The translations under genes and the position numbers were made by a program. From the NCBI GenBank assembly GCA_963813025.1, contig CAWEXO010000011.1:544001-608000 (forward strand): a DNA stretch of 64,000 bases, given 5' to 3'. This document shows positions 34,289 to 45,356 of this stretch, piece after piece. Every line of letters begins with the position of its first letter. Position 1 is the first letter of the stretch. The notes below the pieces were generated by a model. That model had not been told where the DNA came from and did not search any database. It saw nothing but the letters and a program-made list of their open reading frames with translations. The DNA comes from an uncultured Verrucomicrobiae bacterium (GTDB lineage Bacteria; Verrucomicrobiota; Verrucomicrobiia; Chthoniobacterales; JAFAMB01).

Positions 34289-34506
34289 AGGGGAGAACGA
34301 AGGCTTCAATCTCACACAAAGACACGAAGACACAAAGATCGACTGAATCCGGGAGAGCTCCCTGAGTTGACAACGATCCTTTTCTGTGGCTTTTTCCACG
34401 TCCCGCGCGAGCCGCACAAAAGAACCGTGCCGTTGGTCCCTGGGTCGCAGCTTGTTGGCTGTGATCGCCCGCGCCAGGGGGAACCCGGCAAAAGGATGTT
34501 ATTACT

Positions 34507-35544
34507 ATGCCCGTTCGTCTAGGACGATTCGAAATGCCGAAGAGCCTCTCCAAAGATGAGGCCACGGCCACCGAAACCTACGCCAAATTCATCGCCGAAC
34601 CCTTTGAAGCCGGATACGGTCACACGGTGGGAAATTCACTCCGTCGCGTGTTGCTTTCCTCGCTGGAGGGCGCGGCCATAACGTCTGCCCGGATCACGGG
34701 AGCCCAGCACGAATTCGCATCGCTGGCCGGCGTTGTCGAGGATGTCACCGACATCGTTTTGAACCTGAAGAAGATCAAGTTCAAGGCGGTTGACCATGAT
34801 TTCCGCACGGTCGCGATCAATGTGACCAAGGAAGGTCCAGTTACGGCCGCGGATATCCAGACAGTGACGGGGGTTGAAGTGCTCAATCCCGAGCAACTCA
34901 TTTGCACGCTTGATAAAAAGCAGAAGTTCGAAGCCGAATTCGATGTGCGCGTCGGACGCGGCTTTGCCTCGGGGGATGAGAACAAGCGCCCGGACACCCC
35001 GATCGGTGTCATCCCTATCGATTCAATTTTCTCGCCGGTTTTACGGGTCAAATACGCCGTCGAGAACACCCGGGTCGGTCAGCGAACCGATTATGACAAG
35101 CTGGTCCTTGAAGTGTGGACCGATGGCAGGATTACTCCGGACGAGGCACTCTTGCAGGCCTCATCGATCCTGCGTCATCACCTCGACGTGTTTGTCAATT
35201 ACGACGATTCGCTAGTTGAGTTCGACGAAACACCCGAGGAAATCAGCCAGGAGAACACCCGCCTGAAGAAACTGCTCAATATGAGCGTGAACGAGATTGA
35301 GTTGTCGGTCCGGGCCGCCAATTGCTTGAATAACGCCAATATCACCACGGTGGGCCAATTAGCGATGAAAACCGAGGCAGAGATGTTGAAGTACCGCAAC
35401 TTCGGAAAGAAATCCTTGAACGAGATCAAGGAAAAACTTCAGCAGCTTGGGTTGAGTCTGGGAATGAAGTTTGACACGGGATTGGTCGACACTCCGATTG
35501 GCGGTGATCGCAACAATGACGACTCCAGACTCATTGCGATCTGA
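34507..35544 (+). CDS. rpoA: RNA polymerase subunit alpha
   Basis: EPFEAGYGHTVGNSLRRVLLSS, IDSIFSPV, LSVRAANCL and RNFGKKSLNEI motifs. Confidence 0.98.
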   Translation: MPVRLGRFEMPKSLSKDEATATETYAKFIAEPFEAGYGHTVGNSLRRVLLSSLEGAAITSARITGAQHEFASLAGVVEDVTDIVLNLKKIKFKAVDHDFRTVAINVTKEGPVTAADIQTVTGVEVLNPEQLICTLDKKQKFEAEFDVRVGRGFASGDENKRPDTPIGVIPIDSIFSPVLRVKYAVENTRVGQRTDYDKLVLEVWTDGRITPDEALLQASSILRHHLDVFVNYDDSLVEFDETPEEISQENTRLKKLLNMSVNEIELSVRAANCLNNANITTVGQLAMKTEAEMLKYRNFGKKSLNEIKEKLQQLGLSLGMKFDTGLVDTPIGGDRNNDDSRLIAI

Positions 35545-35593
35545 GCAATTGGAAAATAAGACCTGCTGACCCGGCTTCTGACTCCTGACTCTT

Positions 35594-35980
35594 ATGCGGC
35601 ACCAGAAAAAGACCTTAAAACTCGGCCGTAAAGCCGAGCATCGGAACTCGTTGCTGGCAAACCAAGTTTGCAGTTTGATCGAGCACGATCGGATCAAGAC
35701 AACCTTGGCCAAGGCTAAGGCCGTTCGACCATTTGCGGAAAAAATGGTGACCCTCGGCAAGCAAGGTAATTTGCATGCTCGGCGCCAGGCGCTGGCCTTC
35801 CTCGGTCATAAAGAGCTTGTTCGGAAATTGTTTTCGGACGTTGCGCCGCGGGTGGCGAACCGCCAAGGCGGTTATGTTCGAATTGTCAAGCTGGGGCCGC
35901 GCGGTAGTGACTCGGCCCCGATGGCGTTTCTGGAATGGGTGGATACGGCAGTGCAGGAAGAGAAAGTCGCCGCGAAGTAG
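35594..35980 (+). CDS. rplQ: 50S ribosomal protein L17
   Basis: MRHQKK..KLGR, IKTTLAKAK, GGYVRIVK and DSAPMA motifs. Confidence 0.97.
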   Translation: MRHQKKTLKLGRKAEHRNSLLANQVCSLIEHDRIKTTLAKAKAVRPFAEKMVTLGKQGNLHARRQALAFLGHKELVRKLFSDVAPRVANRQGGYVRIVKLGPRGSDSAPMAFLEWVDTAVQEEKVAAK

Positions 35981-36439
35981 CACGAAGCGCGACGCATCCA
36001 TTCTGCACATTTTCTCGGTCTGCACTGACGCATTGATCCTGGAGCTGCCGGTCCGCTCCAAGGAGGAATCTCACGGGAAATCACCGAGAAATTTGTGCAC
36101 ATCTTCCAAGGTGACCCGCGTTGAGCCAGCAGCACCTTGAACCGTTAAAATGCCGGTTTTGGTACTGCGCCGCAGGTGCGCGGGGACCTGTGAAGTGCTC
36201 TGGCCCGCAAAAACTCGGAAAAGTTTTGTTTCTGCTGGCGGGCCTGCGAACGGATTTCGGCCATTTCCTGAGCGGAGACTTTAAATGAAAGCGTCGGCAC
36301 GTAAGACGCCATTACCCATGGGCACTCCTTTCAACGTGAGCTTTGCAATCTACCGCGCACCAAGTCGCCCCGACTCCGAATGCTTAGCGGACCAGGCATT
36401 CGGTGCTGCAACTCTGCAGCCGCTTGATATTGTTTGGCG

Positions 36440-37608
36440 ATGAGCGCTTCTATCGCCCTTCCACGTTTACTGCTGGTGGGGCCGGCGCTCGCCGGGAGAT
36501 TGGATCTCTACTGACGACATTGGGGCTGCGGAAACCGGTAATCATTACCGACCATTATCTTTCCAAGCAGCCAGTGATGCGCGAATTTCTCGACTCTTTC
36601 CAAGAGATAAAGCTGCCGCCGCCCTCGGTTTTCGACGGGGTGGTGCCGGACCCGACTTCAGGCTCGGTCAACTCAGCCCTCCACTTTCTTCGCGAACATC
36701 GGCCCGATTCGGTCATTGGATTCGGCGGCGGAAGTTCCCTCGATACGGCGAAAGCCGCGGCGATGCTTGCCGTGCATGGCGGCGAGATGCGCGACTACAA
36801 AGCTCCCCATCAACAGGACACCCCGGGGTTGCCGGTGCTGGCCGTCCCGACGACAGCCGGTACGGGATCCGAAGCCACGCGGTTTACCATCATAACGGAC
36901 GACCCGACTGGAGAAAAAATGCTCTGTATCGGTTTAGCTTACCTGCCAATCGCGGCCATCAGCGACTACGAACTGACGCTGACCAAGCCGCCGCGCCTGA
37001 CCGCCGATACCGGGGTTGATTCGCTCACGCATGCGATCGAGGCATTTGTGAGTCGTCGGGCGAATCCTTTCGCTGATGCCTTTGCGGTCAGCGCCATGCA
37101 AGCGATCTGGGCCAATCTGCCGGTGGTCTTTTTCGAACCGCAAAATCGCGCTGCTCGAGCGGCCATGATGTTAGCAGCTACTCAGGCGGGCATTGCCTTT
37201 TCCAATTCAAGCGTTGCGTTGGTCCACGGAATGAGCCGTCCGATCGGAGCGCGCTTCCATGTGCCTCATGGGCTCTCCAATGCGATGTTGCTGCCGGCAG
37301 TGACCCGGTTTTCGGTCCAAGGCGCGCTGGACCGTTATGCCGAATGCGCCAGGGTCCTGGGGATTGTGGAATCAGGCTCGACTAACGCAATAGCGGCGAA
37401 GACGCTCGTCGACGCGTTGCGTGATTTAAATCGGCGATTGGAAGTACCGACCCCGCAGACTTTGGGCATTACGGCGGCCGACTGGGACGCCAGTTTGTCA
37501 ATGATGGCAGAGCAGGCGATTGCCTCTGGATCTCCGGCAAACAATCCGCGGGTGCCGACGCTGGATGAGATTATTGAGCTGTATGGGCAAGTGTGGCGTG
37601 GAGAGTAA
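36440..37608 (+). CDS. Iron-containing alcohol dehydrogenase (frameshift in G run at ~36478)
   Basis: Corrected start MSASIALPRLLLVG-AGARR; GFGGGSSLDTAK, PTTAGTGSE, DSLTHAIE and HVPHG motifs. Confidence 0.9.
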
Positions 37609-38155
37609 CAAGGCAGGACCGGCAGGAGGCGGTCCCGCCGATCCACTGCGATCGGAGTGCGGTAGGGACGAGCTCTTACGCGACCTCTCTATTTTGCTAA
37701 GTCAAGTCTTCGAGCGCGGAACGATGCCGGCGCAGGAATGCCAGGTCGGCAGCGTCAGTGAAGTCGTGTCGAGAGGCCAGTAAACGCTGGCGAGCTGCGA
37801 GATCTTGTTGCCGCCGGCCTCTCAGCCAGTTGATCTCGTGAGCCAAACGAAGTTCCATCTGTTGAATTGTTGAATCAAACTGGCTGGATTGGGCCAACCA
37901 TAAACGGAACAAAACATGCGAGCGCGCCAAGGATAAGTGACTATCTTCCCAGCGAGACAGTTTCGGGGTGAAATTAGGCCAAGAAAGCTGATTACTTTCC
38001 AGGTTCCAAATTGCGTGATTTGGACTCGGTCCAGTGATTCTGGCACCGATCGATCAGATCGATCTCACCTGGGCGACGTTGATGAGCACGACAATGTTCC
38101 GCCATTTAGGTATGGATGAAATCATTGAGCCGTATTGGCAAGTGAGCGTGGAGAG
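37562..38155 (+). repeat. ~44-bp imperfect direct repeat of the adh 3' end (37562-37605 and 38113-38155)
   Basis: tggatgagattattgagctgtatgggcaagtgtggcgtggagag vs tggatgaaatcattgagccgtattggcaagtgagcgtggagag. Confidence 0.75.
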
Positions 38156-38180
38156 GAGCGGGTAGATCACGCGCTCAATC

Positions 38181-38234
38181 AAGACGGCTCAAACAAGTTC
38201 TCGCTAAGGCTCGAATGAATTTTCGCCCTACCGG
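38181..38234 (-). repeat. Fused double REP of the RAYT2 family
   Basis: aagacggctcaaacaagttctcgctaaggctcgaatgaattttcgccctaccgg; same architecture as 60852-60905 and 61726-61772. Confidence 0.8.
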
Positions 38235-38255
38235 AACAGGGTCAAATCAAAAGGC

Positions 38256-38595
38256 GTTCTGCTCAAGGGCGCACAAATCGCCATCCCGGTCGGAGATCTA
38301 AGTAAAGCCGAGACAATCGTTCTGCACGTCAGGTTTCCACCCCATTTTCAAACTTCCGCCGCACAAGCATTCTTATTCGGAATTCGTCACTGTGCTTAGC
38401 GGCACTCTTTGGAACGCGATGGGTGATGATCTGGAGAAAGGCGTGATGCTAAAGCCGGGATCAGTTTTAGTGCTTCCTGCAAATCACAGTCATCAAGTCT
38501 GGACAACGGACGAGGAGGCAATCATCCAGGTTCACTTCACTGGCCCGGGAGATATTACCTTCATTAATCCGGCTGACGATCCGCGAAAAAAGTAG
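38256..38595 (+). pseudogene. 5'-truncated cupin domain gene
   Basis: GAQIAIPVGDLSK... then after a frameshift LPPHKHSYSEFVTVLSG...LPANHSH...GPGDITFINPADDPRKK. No start codon or signal peptide follows the REP. Confidence 0.6.
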
Positions 38596-38813
38596 GATAT
38601 TCTTCTCGACCGACATTGCCGAGTCATGGCGACAAATGGATCTGCACGGTCGGCGTATTCATGTCCGTATCGACGAAGGCGCGATCGCCAGGGTACGACT
38701 GCTCTCCGGCGCTTGAGCGCCCCTGAAACCCTGGAGCGCCCTTAAACCCGAAACAGACGTTGGGCACCTGTTCTTAAAGGAATGAATTGCAACGAACTGT
38801 TCCAAACCCCTCT

Positions 38814-39902
38814 CTAGCAGATCCGCGGCAACTGTTCGCCCGAGAGCATGTCGACGATCCGCGTGCCGCCCACCCTGGTTCGCATCAGGACCAGACCCGG
38901 TTCCTCGGCCGTGACTTCACCAATAACCGCGGCGTTTTTACCAAGCGGATGCTGGCGCATCGCGCATAAAATCTCATCTGCGTCTTCGGCTGCGACGATC
39001 GCCACGAGTTTCCCCTCGTTTGCGACATAGAGTGGATCAAGCCCGAGGATCTCACAAGCGCCTTTTACCTCCTCGTCGACCGGGATGTTTGCTTCGTCAA
39101 TCAGGATGCCGAGGCGCGCACTTTGCGCTATCTCGGTCAGCGCGCTGGTAATTCCTCCGCGGGTCGGGTCACGGAGCACGTGGACGGTTTTGCCGGTGCC
39201 GAGAATCTGCTCAACCAAACCGTGAAGCGGCGCGGTATCGCTTGCGATCTCGGTCTCAAACTCCAAGCCTTCCCGGACCGAGAGAATGGCAATTCCGTGG
39301 ACCGCGATCGTGCCGCTAACGATGATGCGGTCGCCTGCGCGCGCCCGATCCGGAGCGATTCGCAGGTTGTCGGGCACCAGCCCGATCCCCGATGTGTTGA
39401 TGAAGATCCGATCCGCTTTGCCTCGATCAACTACCTTGGTATCTCCGGTTACCAGGCTTATACCCGCCGTGCGCGCTGCCTCGCGCATAGACTCGACGAT
39501 TCGGTAAAAGTCGGTCATCGGCAGACCTTCTTCGAGAATGAAACCAGCCGACAAGTAGAGTGGGCGTGCACCGCACATGGCGAGATCGTTGACCGTGCCG
39601 TGGATGGCCAACTTACCAATGTCACCACCTGGAAAAAAGATCGGGCTGACGACAAACGAGTCCGTGCTGAAGGCAAGGCGTGCACCATTGATCGAAAACA
39701 CGGCTCCATCATGCAAGGGCGCAAGCAGCTCGTTGTGGAATTGCGGCAGCACAACGCCCTGAACCAATTGCTGACTCAGTTTACCCCCGCTGCCATGGCC
39801 TAAGACAATTTCTTGGTATTGTGAGATGGGCAAAGGACAGGAACTCATCAACTCGCCTGGTTCAATGCCATCTCCCACCGCTGGTCGTGCAACCCTTGTC
39901 AT
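38814..39902 (-). CDS. hypE: Hydrogenase maturation carbamoyl dehydratase
   Basis: HGSGG, TDSFVVSP, GTVNDLAM, GDTKVV, RDPTRGG and C-terminal PRIC. Confidence 0.96.
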   Translation of the reverse strand: MTRVARPAVGDGIEPGELMSSCPLPISQYQEIVLGHGSGGKLSQQLVQGVVLPQFHNELLAPLHDGAVFSINGARLAFSTDSFVVSPIFFPGGDIGKLAIHGTVNDLAMCGARPLYLSAGFILEEGLPMTDFYRIVESMREAARTAGISLVTGDTKVVDRGKADRIFINTSGIGLVPDNLRIAPDRARAGDRIIVSGTIAVHGIAILSVREGLEFETEIASDTAPLHGLVEQILGTGKTVHVLRDPTRGGITSALTEIAQSARLGILIDEANIPVDEEVKGACEILGLDPLYVANEGKLVAIVAAEDADEILCAMRQHPLGKNAAVIGEVTAEEPGLVLMRTRVGGTRIVDMLSGEQLPRIC

Positions 39903-41044
39903 CAGCGTGATGCCGGTTGGGTAATCAGTGCGGCGGCTGCAGCGGTTTCCGCTTTGCGCAGGTGCCGTCCATATGCGTAGTAGGCCGCGCAGGCACCTTC
40001 CGCGGAGACCATGGTGGCACCGAGAGGATGCTCGGGCGTGCACTGCGTGCCGAAGGCGGCGCAATCATGCGGCTTCTTCACGCCCTGTAAAACCAATCCG
40101 CTGATACAGACAGCCGGCTCGGCGGTGTCGATCTGCTCCACCTCGAAAATCTTTTCCGCGTCATGCTCGCGAAATTCCTCCCGCAGCCGGTAACCACTTT
40201 CCGGGATCATGCCCACTCCGCGCCATTTACGGTCCGATATTTCGAAAACTTTGTTAACCAAATCCTGTGCCACGAGGTTGCCATCCCGTTTCACGACGCG
40301 GGGATACTGGTTTTCCACTTCCGCCTGACCGGCCTCGAGCTGGCGAATCGTCATGAGTGTGCCTTCGAGAATATCCAACGGCTCAAAACCAGTGACGACA
40401 ATCGGCACATGATACTGTTCCGCGATGGGTTCATACTCGCGATAGCCCATGACTGTGCAAACGTGTCCGGGCCCCAGGAATCCCTGAACCCGATTCAGCG
40501 GCGAGTCCAGAATAGCGCGCATCGCCGGCGGCACGAGCACATGCGACACCAACACCGAAAAATTGGTGAGACCTTGTTGCCGAGCGTTCCAGACTGACAT
40601 GGCATTTGCCGGCGCCGTTGTCTCAAAGCCGATCGCGAAGAAGACAACTTGTTTGTCCTGGTTGGCTCGGGCGATCTTGAGGCAATCAATCGGCGAGTAT
40701 ACTACCCGGATATCGGCGCCATGCGACTTCAGGATTAGCAGGTCGCTGTGCGAGCCGGGTACGCGGAGCATGTCGCCAAACGAGCAGAAGATTACATTCG
40801 GCCGTTGCGCGATGGAGTGAGCTTTGTCGATCATCTCCAGAGAAGTCACGCAAACGGGACAACCGGGGCCGTGCACCAGTTCTATTTCCGGTGGCAGGAG
40901 TCGATCGATTCCATATTTGATAATCGAGTGGGTTTGTCCGCCGCATACCTCCATCAGCACCCAGGGTTTAGTGACCGTGCGCCGGATTTCGGCGACGATC
41001 GTGCGAGCGAGGGGTTCGTTTCGATATTCGTCCAGGTATTTCAT
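39902..41044 (-). CDS. hypD: Hydrogenase maturation protein
   Basis: [25 protein letters not shown] and [11 protein letters not shown] motifs. Confidence 0.97.
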   Translation of the reverse strand: MKYLDEYRNEPLARTIVAEIRRTVTKPWVLMEVCGGQTHSIIKYGIDRLLPPEIELVHGPGCPVCVTSLEMIDKAHSIAQRPNVIFCSFGDMLRVPGSHSDLLILKSHGADIRVVYSPIDCLKIARANQDKQVVFFAIGFETTAPANAMSVWNARQQGLTNFSVLVSHVLVPPAMRAILDSPLNRVQGFLGPGHVCTVMGYREYEPIAEQYHVPIVVTGFEPLDILEGTLMTIRQLEAGQAEVENQYPRVVKRDGNLVAQDLVNKVFEISDRKWRGVGMIPESGYRLREEFREHDAEKIFEVEQIDTAEPAVCISGLVLQGVKKPHDCAAFGTQCTPEHPLGATMVSAEGACAAYYAYGRHLRKAETAAAAALITQPASR

Positions 41045-41055
41045 GGGAAGGGGTA

Positions 41056-41361
41056 TCAGGTCAGGTTTTCCGCCACAGGGGAAGGGACAACTGCGTCGTC
41101 CAGTTCATCGAAGCCGGGAGTGTCCAGTTCGCTTAACTGTTCCATTTCTTTTAATAGCTTGAACGTGCGCTCGGCCTCAGCCTCGTCCACTTTCCCAAGA
41201 GCAAAACCGACGTGCACCAGGACATAGTCGCCCGGGATTACCTCCGGGGTGTACTGCAGGCAGACCTGCTTGACGATGCCGCCAAAATTTGCCTTACCCA
41301 TCCTGACGCCGTGCGCGTCATCACTGACTTCGATCAATTTACCTGGTATGGCCAAGCACAT
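41056..41361 (-). CDS. hypC: Hydrogenase chaperone
   Basis: MCLAIPG and [11 protein letters not shown] motifs. Confidence 0.95.
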   Translation of the reverse strand: MCLAIPGKLIEVSDDAHGVRMGKANFGGIVKQVCLQYTPEVIPGDYVLVHVGFALGKVDEAEAERTFKLLKEMEQLSELDTPGFDELDDAVVPSPVAENLT

Positions 41362-41551
41362 AGTATTCCTCTTTCTCTGGTTCCACTTTACTCAAGGCGA
41401 CTCCGTCGCATAACAGGATCCGGTCGCCTGGTTTCGCCTCTGAAACAAGGTCGAGCCACACCGTTCCAATGGCGCCCGCAACCCAAATCTTGCCGCAGCG
41501 CATGCCGCTTTCCTCGGAAACATGCAAGAGCTCGCCAAATACGAGATTCAT
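41339..41551 (-). CDS. Divergent HypC/HupF-like small protein
   Basis: VWLDLVSEAKPGDRILLCDGVALSKV parallels the HypC OB-fold. It overlaps the hypF stop and the hypC start. Confidence 0.65.
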   Translation of the reverse strand: MNLVFGELLHVSEESGMRCGKIWVAGAIGTVWLDLVSEAKPGDRILLCDGVALSKVEPEKEEYYVLGHTR

Positions 41552-43870
41552 TCGGCTATTGCTCCTTCCAAAGTTTCGGATCGAACTCCCTGCAGACTGG
41601 CGGCGGCGCCGATCACCTGACCAATCGCCAATCCACCGTCGTTTGGCGGCACGCGTTGATGCCAGTATGGTCGAAAGCCTGCGCTCGTCAGTTGCTGAAT
41701 AGAACGCTCCAGCAGATAGCGGTTCTGGAAACAGCCGCCGGTCAGGAGAACACTTGCTTCCGCGATCAGGCGAGCCGCCGCTACGATAATCTCTGCGAGC
41801 GTGTTATGAAAACGGGCAGCGATCACGCCAACTGGTTCTGCGTTTTCCGCATCGCGAATGATCCCTTCGATCATTGGCTGCCAGTCGATCACCAATGGTT
41901 TCTCCTGGCCCACTTCGAATGGATAGCCGCCATCGATCCCTTCTAACACCCTCGATTCAAGCTCTAGTGCCGCCTGACCTTCGAAACTGGTCCGTTGCCG
42001 CAAGCCGAGGATAGAGGCTACGGCGTCGAAAAGCCTTCCGGCGCTTGATGTAAGCGGAGCATGCACCCTTTTCCGCAGCATCTGCGCCAGCAACGCGCGC
42101 TCGCGCTTCGGCAAAGCTCGGATCGAAGCAAGATTAGCGCGCGTAAAAACGGCGTCGCCCCACATCTCGTGTAGCAGGCCAAAGGCTGTCCGACAAGGTT
42201 GCCTAATGGCCGCCTCTGCGCCTGGCAGCCGGAACTGACGAAAATGCGCCGCCCGCTCAAACGACGCGAGGTTAGAGTGCGGGACAAGGAATTCGCCGCC
42301 CCAGATTGTGCCGTCGAGTCCGAGGCCGGTACCATCCCAGGAAACTCCGAGCAAGGGGGGCGCCAAATCATTTTCCGCGACGCACGCGAGCACATGAGCC
42401 CAATGATGTTGCACGGGAACGCAGGGCGGTCCGAGCGCAGCGGCGTATTTTGTCGACAGATATTCCGGGTGCAGATCGCAGGCGACGGCCTCGATCTGGA
42501 CGCCGTAAAGTCTCGGCAAATCGCTGGCGACCCGTCGAAAAGCCGAGTGAGCCTGAACAGTTCCAAGGTCGCCGATGTGCTGACTGACAAAAACGTCCTG
42601 ACCGATACTCAACCCGACCGTGTTCTTCAGGTGTCCACCAACGGCCAGCACTGTCGGCAGCGTCGCCGGCAGATGTGAGGGCAGGGGAGCATATCCTCTA
42701 GCTCGGCGGAGCATTAGTTCACGGCCGGCAGCGATCCGAATGACGGAGTCGTCGATTGGTCGAACGATCGGACGATTGTGCACGAGAAACATGTCGGCAA
42801 TGCCCTTCAGCCGATCGACGGCTTCTTTCTCTTCCGTACAAATTGGCTCATCGCTCCGGTTGCCACTGGTCGCAACCACCGGGAAACGAACATCAGACAA
42901 GAGCAAATGATGCAGCGGCGTATAAGGAAGCATTACTCCCAGATAAGGATTTGCCGGGGCCACGGAAGGAGCGATCTGCGATCGAGCCGACCGTGGCAGA
43001 GCAGTTACCAGCACGATTGGCGTCTCCGGTGAAAGCAGAGCACGCTGCTCGAGCTCCGTTATCCGGCAATCTTGCCGTATCGTAGCAAGATCAGGGTACA
43101 TCAGCGCGAAAGGCTTTTCTTCTCGTCGTTTACGGTTTCGGAGCCGGACGACGGCTCCGTCGTTGCGTCCGTCAACGATGAGCTGAAAACCGCCGATCCC
43201 TTTCAGCGCGACGATCAGGCCATTCTCGATTGCCCGGCCGGCCTTTTTCAGTGCGGCGTCGCCTTCCGCACGCGAGATCCCATCTGCGGCTCCACAGCTC
43301 GATCCGAGGTCCGCAGTGTGGGCAGGCATTCGGTTGGGCATGAAACCTCCGGTCGCGCGGATCGCTGTATTCGCGCTGACAATCCGGGCAAAGCGGGAAC
43401 TGCTTCATCGAGGTGTTCGCTCGATCGTAAGGGAGGGCTTCGATGATCGAGAACCGTGGACCGCAGTTCGTGCAGTTGGTAAATGGGTAGCGATAGCGTC
43501 GATCTCGCGGATCAAGCGTCTCACGCAGGCAATCTTTGCAGGTAGCGATATCCGGAAGAATCAGGACCGACTTTGTACCCTGATCCTGGCTGTAATGGAT
43601 CTCGAAATCTTTGTAGCCGAGAGCGTCCAGAAGCGAAAATTCAGAGCTTTGCACGACGGCTCGCGGCGGCCGAGCCAGATCGAGCGCGAGGCGAAATTGA
43701 TCGAGCACCTGGCGTCTCCCTTCGACCTCAACGAAAACTCCCTGTGCCGAATTGAGTACCCATCCGGTCAGGCCGAGCTCGGTAGCGAGGCGGTAGACAA
43801 AGGGCCGGAATCCAACGCCTTGAACTGCCCCGCGGATGACTCCGCGCATTCGTTGGATAGGGGGCTGCAT
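41548..43870 (-). CDS. hypF: Carbamoyltransferase (frameshift at ~43280)
   Basis: GAVQGVGFRPFVY, CKDC, CTNCGPR, RRFHAQPNAC, KGIGGF, RRARGYAP and PPNDGGLAIGQ motifs. Confidence 0.94.
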
Positions 43871-43888
43871 CTGGAGTTTAAGAATCGG

Positions 43889-43940
43889 GTGGGACAAGCT
43901 TCCAGCCTGTCGGGGCGACCGGCAGGATGCCGGTGTCACG
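43889..43940. repeat. REP-like inverted doublet inside the hyp operon
   Basis: gtgggacaagcttccagcctgtc ... gaccggcaggatgccggtgtcac, an imperfect inverted pair. Confidence 0.5.
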
Positions 43941-44026
43941 ACGCTCAGAACGCGGCTCGCACGCACTCCGCGACACGCCTGTGCGAGCCGTCTGTGCGAT
44001 AGAGCGAAGGAAATGTTGGGCCCGGC

Positions 44027-44941
44027 TCACAGTTCGACAGCTCCGGCGTCAACATTCATCGGTACCGAAACCTTTACCGTTCCATTTTCTGCTATCAGAG
44101 GGAAAGGCTCAAGGTGGATAGACGGCTGGTCCAGGCAGCGGCCAGCCTCGAGTGCACTGAAGCGATGACCGGCGCGGCAGGTCAGCGTCTGAGCGGTCAA
44201 GATACCCAGGTGGAGTGGTCCATTGCACTCGGGACAGCGATCGCGATAGGCGTACAGATCCTGGTTGACCCGGCAGATCACGAGGTGATGTCCAGCAAGG
44301 TCGACGGTAATCAAGTTCTCCTCCGCGAGCCGCCCAGCATTTTCCACCACAGTCCAGGTCGCCACATTTATCCCCCCGATGTCTGAGTCCTTCTTGACGG
44401 CCGTCAAGCCGTCGACTTCGAAGCCGGCCAAGTCCGGGCAAGCTTCTTCGATGGCCTGACGAAGCGCGAGTTCCAGCGTGACGGCCGAGGAAGGGCAGCT
44501 CTGGCAGGTTCCCACGAATCGCAATCGTGCGAAACCGTCAGAAAAATTCAGCACCTCGACGTTACCCCCATGGCTTTCGAGATAAGGGCGCACCTTCTGA
44601 AGCGCCTCTTGCAGGCGCGTCTCCAGACTAACGGGATGAAGGCCGTGGATCAGCAGCAATCCCCGGACAACGGTGTCGTTGATCAGATCGTGGTAGGGTT
44701 TCTGGCCGTCGATTCCCGAACGCTTGATGATCTGCAGGATCCGGTTCAGGCCGATGCCGTAGAAGCTGACTACCGATTCAACGCATTCATGCATCAGAGA
44801 ACGAGCAGCGGGATTCGGCAGCTTATCAATTTCCTCGATGATCTCTTGAATTCGTTGGCCGTAATGGTTGATGTCGTCGAGTTGTACCGGCGAACTCTCG
44901 AGATCATTCGGACTGCCGTTTCTGCTGGAGTAAGGATTCAT
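44027..44941 (-). CDS. NifU-like + Rieske-like Fe-S protein of group 1h hydrogenase clusters
   Basis: LLLIHGLHP, VRPYLESHGGNVE, GTCQSCPSS, then YAYRDRCPEC...LTCRAGHRF. Confidence 0.85.
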   Translation of the reverse strand: MNPYSSRNGSPNDLESSPVQLDDINHYGQRIQEIIEEIDKLPNPAARSLMHECVESVVSFYGIGLNRILQIIKRSGIDGQKPYHDLINDTVVRGLLLIHGLHPVSLETRLQEALQKVRPYLESHGGNVEVLNFSDGFARLRFVGTCQSCPSSAVTLELALRQAIEEACPDLAGFEVDGLTAVKKDSDIGGINVATWTVVENAGRLAEENLITVDLAGHHLVICRVNQDLYAYRDRCPECNGPLHLGILTAQTLTCRAGHRFSALEAGRCLDQPSIHLEPFPLIAENGTVKVSVPMNVDAGAVEL

Positions 44942-45342
44942 GCGGGAACTCCGGTGCAGGTTTGCTCCGATCGCCCAATAAATCTGATCGAACGGATCGA
45001 GCATTCGTGTCCGGCGATCGGCTCGGTCGCCTGACCGCAGGCTGGGCATTGCAGAGTCGGAACCCGCTTGCCGGAGAGTGCGCCATCCCAGTAGGTCGGT
45101 GTGCCTTCGTAGGAACAATGCGCACAACGGACCGTCGCAGCCATCGTTTCAATCTCGAGGAAGGCTTCGGCCAGAGCGGTCTCCGTCGTGATGGCACCGA
45201 AACAAAACCGAAGCTGCTCTGACTCGATATGCGTCAGCTCGCCGATCCATAGATTGACTTGGAGAACTCGATCGATTCCATGCGCATCCGCGAAACTAAG
45301 CACGGCCTCGGCCAGAGAAGACGCAATGGAAAGTTCATGCAT
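44938..45342 (-). CDS. hypA: Hydrogenase nickel metallochaperone
   Basis: MHELSIA start and two CxxC motifs (CAHC, CPAC). Confidence 0.92.
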   Translation of the reverse strand: MHELSIASSLAEAVLSFADAHGIDRVLQVNLWIGELTHIESEQLRFCFGAITTETALAEAFLEIETMAATVRCAHCSYEGTPTYWDGALSGKRVPTLQCPACGQATEPIAGHECSIRSIRFIGRSEQTCTGVPA

Positions 45343-45356
45343 ACATCGATCCTTTC

